Assembly: GCA_026023565.1 (NCBI GenBank)
Contig: JAPETS010000022.1
Span: 496,001 to 560,000 of the forward strand
Source: Cirrosporium novae-zelandiae
Taxonomy: Eukaryota
Length of the DNA stretch: 64,000 nucleotides
Direction: 5' to 3'
The translations under genes and the position numbers were made by a program. The stretch's first letter is position 1; every line of letters begins with the position of its first letter. Positions 1 to 13,551 of this stretch are shown here, in pieces. The notes beneath the pieces are model-generated. The model did no database searches. It saw nothing but the letters and a program-made list of their open reading frames with translations, and was not told where the DNA came from.

Positions 1-309
1 CTCGTTATCCAGGCGGAATTCAAAGCCTCCTAGTCCATTTGAACTAGGGGTAGCAACCTCCTCGACCGAGGAGATTGTGGTTTCGCTAGTATTTGCAAGC
101 TAGCAATAAGAATTAGGATCAGCTTTGAGGACAGAAGACAGAGTTAAGGAACTAACCGAGGCAACGCTCCTTCGGTTGGAGCTTCCCATTGTCGTACTTG
201 AATCATCGTCAAAGTCGGTGTCGTATATCTCGGTTGCTTCAGACAATGGGCGAGTAGTTGGGGGACGACCCAACGATAAGAATGAGATAGCAGGTGCTTT
301 CTCGCACAT
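1..309 (-). CDS. 5' part of a fungal protein running off the window edge; N-terminus resembles fungal SAM/PH-domain (Boi1-like) proteins (tentative)
   Basis: ATG at 309: MCEKAPAISFLSLGRPPTTRPLSEATEIYDTDFDDDSS...RRSVAS; intron 156..100 (GTTAGT...TAG); continues LANTSETTISSVEEVATPSSNGLGGFEFRLDNE to base 1. Family guess from recalled N-terminal pattern only; no domain lies inside the window. Confidence 0.55.
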
Positions 310-3300
310 TTCAAATCTTTGCTGTCCAGCATATGTGCTGGAGTTTGGTACATATGCCGGCTCGAACTCCTAAGCAGAAAGATCAGCATCGAGGTTAGAA
401 GAATACGAATGGTGTTGCTCGTACCATGGCTGGAGACGTGGGCAACAGAAGGGAATCTATGTAGAGGTTTGTGGATATAAATCTATCTCTTGTGGCTTGA
501 GATGACGGAAAGAGGCCGAAAGCGTGGACTGTAGCGACCTCGAGCTCTTTTATGTGAAAGATTGAAGGGTACACTAGGACTTGGCAGACAATGGGGAACA
601 AAGCGCTTGGTGATGAATATAGTGGTGACATACCTTGCAGCAGAAGTGATAAGTGTAGCCGGCGGTATCGTCGCAGGTTGGTTGGGAAAGCCAGGAACTC
701 CGACATAGGGCCAATCATGTTCCAATCAGAAGGCAGAATTGGAGATCTCTCCAGCAGTTGGGCGGGCGCTTGGTGTGGGCACATGCGCCTAGAGAAATGG
801 GCACCCAAGGTTACCCACTAAATTTACATCAACAATTAACTGCAAATACTTTGGGTCGACCACTCACATCCCCAGATTTGTCCTCTGATTATTTTTAGTT
901 ATTTTTGGATATTTTTGTCCCAAATTTTATTCACCTTTACCCTTTCGAGTCAAATTTGCTTTCTTTGAATGTTTCAAACTCTGATTAGTTTCTACTTTTT
1001 TCTCTCCGATGAACCTGTCAGATGGTGGGAAATGTTTGCAAATTGTCCGATTCTTGCAACAAACGTTAAGCAATGCAAGTACTTTAATTGATTAGGCATG
1101 TACCCGGGACCCCTCGCAGACTTCTCGGCCCACCAGAAAATGCACCATAATCGCCGTACAGAATACTTTGCAGTCGTCCTTTGCCCTTTGCAAGTGTTTT
1201 TGCATCTGCTGCTCGCACTTTACTCCTCACGTCCGCATGCATGGATACGAAGTAACTTTCATCACTATCACATTTCGACACGCTATCCACATGCTATCAG
1301 TCATCTAAATTTGGTCCTGTACCCATGCGCTTTGATAAGAAAATGTTATAACATACGGTTCCCACCGCCTAGTTAACCACACGGCCGGTTTTTCAACACG
1401 CTGCATCACAGTCGGCGATACACACACAACTAGAGTGATAACTGCTGACTGATAAATATTGATTCACCTTTCTCGGGACTGCCTGCACCAAAGTTGTCTA
1501 GGTTTTGAGAACTTGTCTGCCAGATGGAGCCAACCAAGTGTTTAATGATTCCCAACACCAAGGTGGTCCTGGTGGAAAACAGTTACCCCGCAAGCTCATA
1601 TCCCTGAGACAGCCAATTGTTTGTGAAGGCCGAATGCTTCTCAGACGGCACAATCGCTAAACTCTAATATTTGTATCCAATGCTTGGAGATGGTGATAAC
1701 GGACTATATCTAAAAGCACCTTCCCGCTCACGATAATTCTTGTGTACCGGGAATATTTTCTATTCCCCGCAATGTAGCTCTCGTTTTCGATGGCCATGAG
1801 TGATGACAGTCTCAGGCCGTGCATGAAAGAGGGGAACGACATGCAAAAGGTAATATATCATATCTACGGCGTCCGCGGAGTATTGGGCGAACCATCTGCC
1901 TGCGACATGTTTCGCTCACGGCATCAGAGTCCATATGCACTATAAGTGATAGAGACGATTCCACTGGCTTCTAGTGTTTTTGGCCAGAGTTTCTGGATTG
2001 TAGTCACTGGAGATGTAGGCCGTGCAAGCTGGAGAGATGCATCTCTCAAAATGGGAGATTGCTAGATGTGGTTGGATGGATGAAATTCACCTGACCGAGG
2101 GCTCATGCGGGCTGGTTGATCTCGAAGACATTGTCTAGTTTCCAATGTCAATAGTACAACGTTACACGTTCCAGAACCTCAGTGTATCACACGGAATTAT
2201 TTGGTGGACTAATATGATGAGTTGGTCGCTCTGTCTGAGGCAGCAGTGATGCGACCAGCCGCATTGGACGCAGGCACTTCCTCGATCATTGCACAATGGC
2301 AAATCCCAGTGTCCGCAATTTGACCCGACTTCCAAGGAATGAATTGTAATCTCCACAGAAAAGGAAAAAAAAACGACTACGGTTGTGTTTGAGTGAATCA
2401 GCATGAAAGGATTATTGGGAGAGCGATAGGTTGATTGCGATGGGGCTACACGGAATAGTTGATAATTAAATAAATTGACAGACAAATGAAGGGTACCAAT
2501 GACGATGGAGAAGAGGCTCCGTAGGAAAATGTGGATGACTCAAGAGACTTTTTTTTTTTTTCGATTTTCAGGAAAGACAAATTAAAGTTTAAGAAAGGCT
2601 CTAAGCTTCCCGGGAGCGACCATTGTTCACTTTACTTTAGGAGATATAATTACCTCTTTTATCAAGTACAAATGTTATTACGACAAGAATTATCAGATTG
2701 ATTCATGCATGCGACTTTATTCGTGGATATTGAATTTGATTTTGTTTTAGCCAGACGAACCAACTCAACGGTGAAGAAGAATGTACCCAGGACTAAAATA
2801 TTTGAAGGAAGATTTTTTGCGCGTGATCACTTGGTTGTAGCAAATAGTAAGCAAGAACGAGAAGAAGTTACTAAGTATCATGTTTACCATCAGGGGGGAT
2901 CCGAGCGGGGTGAATTCTTTTCTCTCTTCTCTCTCTCTCTCTCTTTTTTCCTTTACCTTTTTGATTTGTTCATGTGATGAAGGAAGTGACTGATACATAC
3001 GAAAGTGGTACATACGCCTCATGGACCGAAGTATCGTGTACTACCTCACTCGTGGCTGTCTGCAGATTTTCCTCCGGTTTCGCCAGGAAGGAAATGGAAG
3101 GAAAACGCAGCAATCCATTCGGAAAAGCTCGTGGAAATCCAGTCATAATCTGCAACCACTGTACCAGCCATTTGATTACCTTGAATACCTTGGAGAATTT
3201 CATTGTTTGAAGCGAAGTTAACGGAACGATGCGGGTTAGTTCAGTTAGTAGCCCTAAAATTAGGCGAGTATTCGCTCTCCCTAGAAAGAGATACAGTAGA

Positions 3301-3628
3301 CTAGAGAGAGAGATAGCTCCTCGGTACTTGGCTCTCTAAAGAGGAGAGATGAACAAGCAATTGTGACATCAGACATGCACTCACTCACTCCCTCACCCAC
3401 TCGCTCACTTACTCATTTACTCACTAAATTCATGGTCAAGTTTTTTTCCGGTGGGGAGATAATTTTACATTCTACACGTATAGCTTGTTCATAGAGGAAA
3501 AAAGAATTGTTGCTAATTATGTTGCATTGATTCCATTTTAGGCAAAGTTGGGAGATATTCTTAGTTGAATTAATCCTTTTTGTGTGATAAATGTGAACTA
3601 ATTTCTCCCTGGGCGGTAAAGTCTAGCA

Positions 3629-3666
3629 TGACCAAAATGACCAAAATGATCAAAAGTGACCAAAAT
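3629..3666 (+). repeat. Minisatellite (TGACCAAAA) x4, imperfect
   Basis: tgaccaaaa tgaccaaaa tgatcaaaag tgaccaaaa read directly. Confidence 0.75.
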
Positions 3667-5505
3667 AGCCGTTTCTGGTAGCGCTGGGAGGATTAAATGT
3701 TGCTAATTAAGGATCTTTATCACGATGATTTGTTCATTGGTTGCACAGTGCGGCCAGATCAAGCGAGTTGCAGCCACACTATGGCTCAAAGGGGAAATTT
3801 TCCAGGATAGACGGATGGGCGGATGGTCGGTGAGATGGCCGGCCTTTTTCTCTTGTCGAGTTATCCTTGGATCGTTCGGACTTCTCAGCGATCAATGTTC
3901 GAAATTTGCAAAATACTTGGACGCCATTCACCACACTATTTACACGGGTGAAGATGCAGGACGGCCCGTCATCCTATCGATCCGCTCTGAGCTAAAAAGT
4001 TTGGTGTGCAAAGACCACCCACCCCCCTCCACCACACCCACATTATTATCAAATTTAATTGTGACCACTCAATCGTCTCTGCCCATCTCTTTCGACATCC
4101 ACCCAACCAACTCTCATCCCTCCCAACCCTGTTTGTGGTCAGCCATTGCCCTGTTCTGATCCTATCTGGGCAGATGCAATCTATCTACCTTTGGCTAACG
4201 TTATTCGGTTTCGTCGCCGCTGCAATCACCATGCAAGATGCCTTTTTCGTTCTTCCATTCGCTCTCAGCATCATGAACCATTCTGGACGGCAGCACACCG
4301 TGGCTTTCCAAACCTCCTCGTCCGTTTTCAAAGTCTGGAAAACGTGCCACTGAAACTCCCCGACATTGGGACATGGGAGCTGGATGGCCTGTCTAGATTC
4401 ATTGCCGGTGGATAAAGGGAAAAAAGAGGGACAAAAGGGACAAAAAGACAAAAAGACAAAAACGACAAAAGCGAAAATGGAGAACAAGGAAATTATCATG
4501 TTCGTTCGGTGGGAATACGAACACCGACTCGTCCTGCGGATGTGAGCTATCCTCCACCATTTAGGCCAAATGACAGCCAAAAGACGTTTCTAGTATGGAA
4601 CCAGTTGGTCCTGCGTCCTGCAAGCATATTCGTATCTACCTATTGCATTACACTCGGAAAAAAAAAATAATTGACGAACATTGAGAGGTTGAGATTGGAT
4701 AGAGGTGGGGCAGCAAGTACCGGGGTGCATGTGGATAGCAAATGCTAATGCTCGATCTGGTTTGTGCGCTGAGCGATCGCCAGAGACCAATGCATGCCGT
4801 TGTTTTCCCGCTTCTTTACGTAGCGGCAGGGAATGGGCAAGGAATGAGGGGGCCTCTTGCTGGGCCCTGGCATGCCCTCGGAGGCTACCAAGCTCCCCTG
4901 TCCCTTTTTTTTTTAAGAGCATGCGCTAGGGAACCCTGTTCGCTTGAAGAGATAGAGATGCCTCTACGTACATCTACCTAATGTGTGTCCCGCGGCTACT
5001 CATAAAAATAGTCCTGGGGAAAAAAAAAGAAGAACAACAGCGTCAGTTTCTGAGCCCTCCACACACATCTTCAAAGTCATGTATTTTGTCCAATCGAAGC
5101 CTCTCGTTTTTCGAATAAGCGGATTCAACCCTCCGAGAAGCTTGCTCATTGTTTAAAGATTAAAATAGAACAGTGGCTTGATCATCGCCGCCCTGGTACT
5201 ACAACACCACTCAGCCTTTAAGTTACAATATGCCCAAGAGCTATAGAGAAGGGATTCCAGCAGCAGACCGCAAGCAAAACCATTGCTGTCCCTCTCCAAC
5301 CCCAACCTCTCTCTCCTCCTCCTCTATCCATCAGAGCATCGCTAGCTGGTCTTGCATTGCTCTTTCTCTCTAATCAACGGCAAACTGGTGTTGCTGTCGC
5401 CTGTCTCTACATTGACACCGTGTGCATGCGATTGTTTGTTTATGTGTGACTCCTACTTTTAACTATCTTTAATACCTGGACGCAATCAATTCTGAACTTG
5501 ACCAG

Positions 5506-7777
5506 ATGTCCGCGCGACCGCCTGGCTCGGCGAGCAGACAATCCTCAGCAATGGCTGCGCCAAAACCCTCCCCTCCGAAGCCGACCTCGGCCAAAACTCA
5601 TCGGCGTTCGCGCTCAGGTAAGTGATCCCCGACACTCGACAGGCTCAATTGGATGCAAAAGCTCAAATCTGTACGTAGGATGTTTTACCTGTAGACTGCG
5701 AAGGAAGAAGTGTGACGAAGGAAAACCCAGATGCAAGGCGTGCCGGCATCTAGGACTTGAATGTGAATATAAACGACCAACCTGGTGGAGTAACAATACC
5801 CAGCGACAGGAGAAGAAGGACGAGATCAAGAATATAATTAAAAATACAAAGGGAACAGATAAGAATAATAATACCACGCAGATTGTTTCAATGGGAACGA
5901 AGACGGCGGCCACCACTCCTCACCTCTCAAATTTCATGTCGTCTTCCTCGGAACCATACCCGGATCCAATGGGCCAGACTCGCAGTACATCCATCACCTC
6001 TCCACCATCCCTAGACTTTGATTTAAGCGGAATGCCTCTTGCAGATCCGTATGGCAGTTATACCCCAAGCATCCAGACTCCTCAATTTCCTCCCCCCTCA
6101 GTATATACTACCCCCTATATACCTTACGAAGTCGACATTAAGACGGAGCGACAAACGTTTGTCAATGATATACCGACGAGAAGAGATTCCTCGATATCCA
6201 CATTCAGCACATTTCAGCCCCCACCACCATCCACCGCCATCCCTCCCTTTGGGGACGAAAACTGGATGCCCGAGGATATCTACGACACTCCACTTCCACT
6301 AGAAGCAGTCGCCATTCCAGGTGACGAAAACTTTGATTTCAACTATTTCCCCATCCCCGATGTCACTCCGCTGTCAACCGAGCAAACGACCATCGAAATC
6401 GACGATGCCGACCGCCCTCTCCTCGACCATTTCATTGACAACGTACTTCGTCTCATATTCCCTGTCCTCGAAGTGAACCAACAAGGCCTCGCCCACTCCA
6501 ACATCATCATTCCAGCCCTCCAAACAAACAGGTGCTACTTACACTGCTGCCTCAGCATCTCCGCCATTCATCTCAAATCCATTTCCCCGGCACCATCCAA
6601 ACGCGTCGACGACGACATCATGCTCCACCGTTTCACAGCGATCCGGTCGATCCATGACGCTTTAAGCGATGAATCGTCCTCCCACTTCCAAACTCTCGAG
6701 GCCATTCTCTCTCTCATATACTTCCAATGTAGTGTCGGTCGTCCCGATGATACCCTCCCTGATATCCCTTGGCACCAACACTTCCAGCCTGCGACCGACC
6801 TCCTCCAGCGCCTTGATCTCCCCTCTGTCTTCCTGACCATGCCCCCCGCTCAATCACCACCGTTCAACATGACCCTCGCAGCTTGGATCGACATCCTCGG
6901 CAGCACGATACTCGGCCGGCGTCCCCAGTTCGCCGCAACATACCTGCTCATGCACCTGAATAACCTCCCTGCAGGTTTCACCAATCTCATGGGCTGCGAT
7001 GATCATATCATGTTTCTCATATCCGAGATTGCCTCCCTCGAAGCCGTCAAACTAGAAGGCACCACTCATGAAGTCCTGTGCCACCACATTGTGAACCTAG
7101 GCACTCAACTTCAAACCATCCAGTCTTCTCCCTCCACTCAATCAGGAAGCCCGTACTCCCCAAATGGCGCTCTGCGTCCTCACCAGCTCTCCCGCAACAT
7201 CTCCTGTGTTTTCCTTATCGCTGCACGCCTTCACCTCTGCAGCCTCGTGCCTGGTTTCCAGAAATCCCAGCCTGAGCATCTCGCCCTGGTGTCTCGTCTC
7301 ACGGACGCATTGTCATTCATTCCATCAGGCCCAGATGGCTTTGATCGCAGCTTAGTATGGCCTCTTCTCATTGGCGGCGCTTTCTCAACGCCAGGGTCGC
7401 AGTTCCGAGATGCATTTGCACAGCGCATCGAGCGGATGGGTGAACTGGGCGAGCTCGGAAGCTTCGGCAGAATGGTTAGAGTTGTGAGGGAAGTATGGAG
7501 GCTTGAAGAGATGCCGTTGACACCTACGAGTGCACCTGGTGGTTTGGGGGCAAATATGAATATAGGTATGAATGTTAGTATGAACATGGTCACACCACCA
7601 GCTGCAGCAGTGCCAGCTTCGGCCTCTGCACCTGTAAGTCCGGATGGGACACCCAAAGCTCTGGTGCCAGGAGTAGGTGCGGATGCAAGATCACCGTCGG
7701 CGGGTTCGGTCGTACAACAAAATGTCCACTGGAGAGATGTAATGCAGCAGAACGGGTGGGACTTTCTGCTGATATGA
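5506..7777 (+). CDS. pro1: Zn(II)2Cys6 transcription factor, Pro1/ADV-1/NosA-RosA family (sexual development)
   Basis: ATG 5506 (in-frame alternative 5551); intron 5618..5678 joins KTHRRSRSG to CFTCRLRRKKCDEGKPRCKACRHLGLECEYKRPTWW; family motifs PYEVDIKTERQ.FVND.PTRRDSSISTFS and C-terminal VHWRDVMQQNGWDFLLI. Confidence 0.92.
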
Positions 7778-9201
7778 ATATGTGAAGGGGAATGAGCGGG
7801 TAAGTGGCTTTTAAAAATCACCCGCCATCACCACTGTTGCTGGCGACCCCTTCAACCTTCAACACTTACTGCGGATCGAGACAACTTCAACTTGACTTGA
7901 TACGACAAGGGGTTTTTATTTAATCAATGGACGCAGTGAATGAATGGAACGGCCTCTCCCTACCTACCTACCCACCCGGGAACAATAATGTTGCATTAAT
8001 ATGTGTATTCTATCGGCTAGCGGCGGAGTTTTGTCTCAGTCGATGTCATGATGGCGAAAGGAGTATCTAGGGAAGATAAGAGAAGGAAAAATAGTACACT
8101 CTCCACCCCACCCTATCTAATATTTTGACAATTCTCTCCTCTCTATCATTCGGACCAGGAAAACTCTTCTCACTCCCTTAATACCATGAACTTGACGTCA
8201 TCTATGGCATCGTTGCTCCGATCGCTGAGGGGGGCATGTGGATCATACGACCAGGAGCCCCTACAAGATGGTTCTGCCAACTATCAACAGGTTACCTGGG
8301 CACGACAGCATCACCGCGAGACATCCATAAAGCAGCATAACTCGGATGAACCATCCAATCCATCACGTATCAACGCTAATATGGAATACAAATTTCCTCG
8401 CATGGCCAAATGTGAGGGGAAATGAAGAATATCTCGAGTCGCAGGTGTGATGAGGCTAATAGCTCGCTGTCATTCATGATAGTAAGGGTCGAGAAGAATG
8501 AGCAAATAATCAAGAGGAAGAGGCGAGCGGATTGGAACAGGACTTCCTCCCGGTTAGAAAAGAGTGACGCAAGTAGATATGATATTCTACAAGCTTTCGT
8601 TGATATTTCCATTTGTCTCGCATGTCATATTTCTTTTAGGTTCGATTCTGTTGTTGGCTCTGTTTATTTGATTGGTTTCTGAAATTTATGGAGTCTGGAG
8701 TGAAGGTGTGTGATAGTGGGTTGGAGGGGGGCTGAACTGGATTGAATAAATGAACCTGAACGAAGGGGTGGGAGTAGCAGCGATGAAATTTCGTTTTTGA
8801 TTTCCTTGGCCTGTGATAGCTTTTTTGTTTTTATCCCATATGGAATCGGAGGGCAAAGGTGACGAAGAATGCGATATACGGACTGCATCCATGGATACCC
8901 GGACGGATGAACGTTAGCTCGAGGTGACACGATTATAAGTAATACCAAGTTGAGTTCCAGCCATGCAGTCGACGTATATAGATAATACCATGTTTTTCAA
9001 CTCAAGACAGTTTTATCTCAATCAAGGATGCTGGAACATATGGAATAAATAAATATTTCATTTTGAGTTTGGAGCGCTAATGGTGGGATGGCACTATGGC
9101 AAGGCCAAACACGTGGCATGAGCCTACTGCCCAGGCCATCGTGAAGCTATATTCCCTATTCTCTATCCCACCTTGACTACACCTTTTAATCGTTGAGGCG
9201 A

Positions 9202-9927
9202 TTATAAAACTATCATGGGCCGTCTCATAAATACCAGTCTAAAAGGCCTAATGTTACCCCAGAATCCTATCGGCATCATCTTTTCCTTGACTTGCTGAAA
9301 ACCTCTCTTCGCCCAGTATGGCTCAATCAGCTCATGACATCTGATCCATGACGTTAACTTTGCCGTGACGCCATTCTCTTTATCATTTGGATAATCTCCA
9401 GTCTTTGCTAGTCGCTGGGACAGGTCCCGCTCTAGCTCTTCAATACATCTGATGGCCAATCCTTTCTTCCTGAATCTAGGGTCGTCTTTGACCGCAACGC
9501 AGGCGATCTCCCAGTCGGTCGTGGCCTCCTCCATGTTGCCCTGGATGCTACATTGCGTCTCTAGTTCCGGCTTCTCGGGCCTCTCCACTGCGACATTGGA
9601 TTGAGATCCTCCAGGACTAGGACCTCTAGGACTAGGATCCTCCTTATAAGGCTTCAATGCCGTGATTGCAACCGGCGTTTTTTGATCTTGATCAAGCATA
9701 AAGAGGACACAACATCGTCCATATTCACCAACGGCGTCGACAATCTGGCTGGGATGGCTGAACCGGTATCGACCTCGAGGCGGCGGTGGAAACAGATCTC
9801 TAAAAGCATAACCAAACGCGTTATTCATCAACGTCATCAGCTCCGGAAGGTATGAAGAATTGCGTAACTGAGAAGGAGTGAAAATGATGGATTGAATTTC
9901 GAGCTCGGGAACCGTTGGTACAGACAT
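9202..9927 (-). CDS. Putative GNAT-family acetyltransferase, 241 aa, intronless
   Basis: Motif-A-like WEIACVAVKDDPRFRKKGLAIRCI and C-terminal YWAKRGFQ. Confidence 0.7.
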   Translation of the reverse strand: MSVPTVPELEIQSIIFTPSQLRNSSYLPELMTLMNNAFGYAFRDLFPPPPRGRYRFSHPSQIVDAVGEYGRCCVLFMLDQDQKTPVAITALKPYKEDPSPRGPSPGGSQSNVAVERPEKPELETQCSIQGNMEEATTDWEIACVAVKDDPRFRKKGLAIRCIEELERDLSQRLAKTGDYPNDKENGVTAKLTSWIRCHELIEPYWAKRGFQQVKEKMMPIGFWGNIRPFRLVFMRRPMIVL

Positions 9928-10399
9928 TTTTTTATCAGTCTTCTAATCAAGTTGTATAGGTCAATTTGTTTTTTCAAGAACGAAACCAAGAACGAAAGAA
10001 ACATAGAAAGGAAGGAGAAAATATCTATGCAGACATGAATTCTCTTTTCAACTAACGAACAGAATGGACTAGGCAACCCACGCCCTTTGAGTCATAATCC
10101 GATCAGGTCATGGAAAGCACCCTACAATAACAGCAGCTGTTTTCAATGATGAGGGTTAGTTAGTTAGTTCATGCACAACATGTGAGATTATTTGTATTCC
10201 GCACTTTAAAGAAAACTAGGTACCTGCAAGTAAAATGGGCGGGTCCTACTAATTAATATCGAAAGCCGCGATTCGTTACATCGGGATATAAAAACCCGAA
10301 TGTTCCTGAAGGGCGCGGGACTTTGCAAGTACCGTGAGGGTTGCGATAAGGAATTTACTAACACAATAGTTCCCTCCAACTTTCCCACCTTGCCTTACT

Positions 10400-11950
10400 T
10401 CTTCTCTCTCTCATCCTTCTTTCTATCTAATTATCCCCCCCCATTAACAAGTCATTGTTTAATTAATTATTTCGTCTATTTCCTTCCTCAATATACCCAA
10501 TCCAACTCAACCCAACCCAACCTATACAACCCTCCCCAAATCCAACTTATATATAAATGCATCCATACCTCTTTAATCAAATCAAACCACTCACTCACTT
10601 ACTCATTCACTCACCCACCTCCTTAGTTTGATTTCCAAGGAAATTTATGATTAATTAAATTAATAAAAAGGGTAAAGGGTGAGAAAAGAAACGAAATGAA
10701 TATGCAATGATGATGATTATATATATATCTATCCCAATGAAGGAGAAAGAGGAGAAGGGAACCCACCTACGTATCTACCTGCCCATTTCTCTCTCTCTCG
10801 TTTACTACTAGACCACACACTGCAACTACCACCACAACTACACCACACCACACCAGAACATTGTGCATGTATATATGTGTGTTATGTGTGCGTATGATCC
10901 CTTTCGCAATAACAATAGCAGCACCAGTAAATCCAATTAAGAAAAAACCCTTTAGCCAAAACCAAGGAAGAAGCAAAAAAAAAAAAAAAAAAAAGAACCA
11001 GGCTATAGGATGATGATGATGGGGGTAAAATAGTAAATATTAGGGAAACCAAATTGAAAGAACCTACCTACCTACCTTACTTATTTATCTACTTTGAAAA
11101 AGAAAACTCTCCCTCCTTACTAAACTAACAATCCTAATTACTGTAGCTATAATTAATCCATACGGTGTGACTCGAAGTCTCGATTTCTATCTGCCTACTT
11201 ATTTTTTATAATTCCCCTTTTGTATTTGCTTTTATTGCGTATATATATATATACATATATACATACATACATACATACATGTAATCCACTATAGATATAG
11301 AACATAGACATACAAAGAAAGAAAAGAAAAGAAAAGAAAAGAATAGAAAAGAAATCCTTCTTCGTTAATAGTGATGGTGTGGTTTTATATATCTATGTAC
11401 AGTACCTACTGTGGGTAATATAGGTATATCCCAATAGTGAATGGTTTAATGGTTAAGCTTAACGGGATATCACAGATAACAGATACTAAGGTGCCTTTTC
11501 TCTACCACACACACATACACACACACACACAACCACTACTTCCTTCCCACATCCCACATCCCACATCCCACCCTCCGAAAATATTTATCATCGAGATTGG
11601 GTCTAGCTAGCTAGCTAGCTATTATTATTATTATCATCGTTGTTTGGCCTTCTTAACTTTTACTTGTTAGTGTTGTGTGCTGTGTGTGTGCTGTGTAGTG
11701 GATATGATGTGATATTGATATTGATATTGATATTTTCCTGCTGCTGGCTTCGGTGGTGAGTTGAGGTGTTGTTTTTAGAACTGGAATTGGGGGAGTTGGT
11801 TTTTTTTATGGTGATGGTGATAGGGATATGGAGGGGAGTATGTATGTATGCAGAGATAGATAGATGGATGGATGGATGGATGGGTATAGCAAGAATTTCC
11901 ATTCAATCTCGAATGAATTTGGTGGTGTGGTTGTGGTTGGGAAGGGTTCA
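10400..11950. repeat. Microsatellite-dense low-complexity block (poly-A, TA, TACA, GAAAA, CA, CCCACAT, TAGC, GATATT, GATG)
   Basis: Consecutive simple repeats read directly; the short ORFs here are low-complexity translations. Confidence 0.85.
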
Positions 11951-12150
11951 TGACTATTAGTTCTGAAATTGGATCCCCTTGCTCTGGATAAGATAGAGTT
12001 ATCAGCGAACAAGAAGTTTTTTTTTTAATGGAGCTCAGCCGTTGTGCTTGCTGCTTTATCTTTTGCTCATATATAATACCATACTTATTAGCATAGAGTA
12101 CGATTGGGGTAAGTTCGAGCAACGATGCCAGAAACTGCCTTGTATAATTT

Positions 12151-13070
12151 TCAAAAGGGGATGATGCTTTTACTTAATCCAATTTCCTTCAATTGCTGTA
12201 CCCATGTGTTGTAATGCTCCAAGGGCCTAATTAACTTATCAGGTGATGTCGCTTTCTCGCTCCAAATAGCTGTAATTAGTCGGTCAACATTGTAATCTAG
12301 ATCTTTGTGATTGAACTGTCTCTGGACGAATTCTAGATATATCGGCTGGATCCATGTCATAATTCTTTCGCCAAGTTTCCTCTGGGGAAATCGTTATCTC
12401 GAGGGAATTCAATTCGCTAGTCAAGGCCCTGTATTACGATACAAACTTGTCGATATTCGTGTGGGCAGTATTATGAAGTTTGAACCAGCATTCATAGATA
12501 TCATATCTGGCGACAAGTTCTGCTTGCTGCTAAACCACCCTGAGCCTTTCTCACTTGACGCCTAATCTTTCATTTTGGGCAAGGATACAAGGGTCCTAGG
12601 TAAGAATTTTGGCGATTCTTGACACAAGAGGCTAGTCGTCCGAGTATATTCCTGCTGCGATCCGTTGTACAATGCCAACGCAGCATTATATTCGTCTTCT
12701 TTCCATATTTGCTTCCAGTTATTCATATCGTCTTCGCTAATGTCCAACCCATATTCCCTTTTGACCTGAACGTTCGAGAGGCGCGACATTGTGTTAATTG
12801 GCTCTGGCTTCGCCTCGGATTCGTATATTTTGTCGATAATAGGACAAAGTCCTTCTGCCAGAAGGTAATATGTCATTCTGTGGCTCCACAGCAAGTAATT
12901 GACAGCGCCCTTAAGTTTCTCGCCGTCATATTTATCATGTATAGCAGAAAGAGTTTCGAAAATTGCTATAAAATCTTCAATTGAGGTCGTTGGGGGGAGA
13001 AGGGTCGAAGTTGGACTTGATATCCGACTTGAAGTGTTTAGACAAGGTCCACTCTTGCTGGCTTGCTTTA
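12151..13070 (-). mobile_element. Degenerate Ty1/copia-type gag relic
   Basis: Minus-strand frames give KLKGAVNYLLWSHRMTYYLLAEGLCPII (copia gag N-terminal KLxGxxNYxxWxxxMxxxL pattern) and, after a frame change, NIDKFVS*YRALTSELNSLEITISPEE / ERIMTWIQPIYLEFV (UBN2/Retrotran_gag_2-like). Internal stops and frameshifts; no pol seen. Confidence 0.6.
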
Positions 13071-13278
13071 CTTAGCGATGATCCTAAAAACTGCAGTTAG
13101 AGTATATTTGTATATGAAAATGCATGTATAGGTTCCCAAAGTTAAGCGACCCGAAGCCCATAGCTTGTTGGCACAGATGGGTGGAAAACTGAAGATCAAT
13201 TCAAGGAGAAACCGAGTAAATAGAAGCGAGGTCAGCTGATAAGCTAGGCCCCATAATCTTATCTAATCTACCACCGCA

Positions 13279-13442
13279 ATGACGAATTTCGTCATCCGAA
13301 AAAATAATTTTGAAAGAGAAAGGATGGTACCCTATAATTACAATAACAACATTAAGACCACGGCAATGAAGTAAATTTATTATAAATCCAAGGGCTAAGA
13401 CTACAATATTATTCCTAGTTGAACATCAAAAAATCACGTGAT
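13279..13442 (+). promoter_or_regulatory. Palindromic sites upstream of the homocysteine methyltransferase: ATGACGAA-T-TTCGTCAT (13279-13295) and E-box ATCACGTGAT (13433-13442)
   Basis: Both palindromes read directly; TCACGTG is the Cbf1-type bHLH site and ATGAC a bZIP half-site; function inferred. Confidence 0.4.
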
Positions 13443-13551
13443 ATAAATATTGAAATCCAATTTTAGATTAAAATAAATTATTTGCATTTGTATTCGCATT
13501 CGCATTGGCCAAACACCTACCTATCCCAGCCCCTCCCCAAAAAAAAGAAAA

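Noticed and set aside
900..5400. Many 60-145 aa ORFs between the two divergent genes
   Set aside because: No recognisable motifs or consistent splice models; probably long promoter and UTR sequence
7231..7821. 196 aa antisense ORF
   Set aside because: Shadow of the pro1 coding strand
11426..11470. ATATCCC...GGGATAT stem enclosing a tRNA D-arm-like GGTTTAATGGTTAA
   Set aside because: No T-arm (GTTCRA) and no cloverleaf
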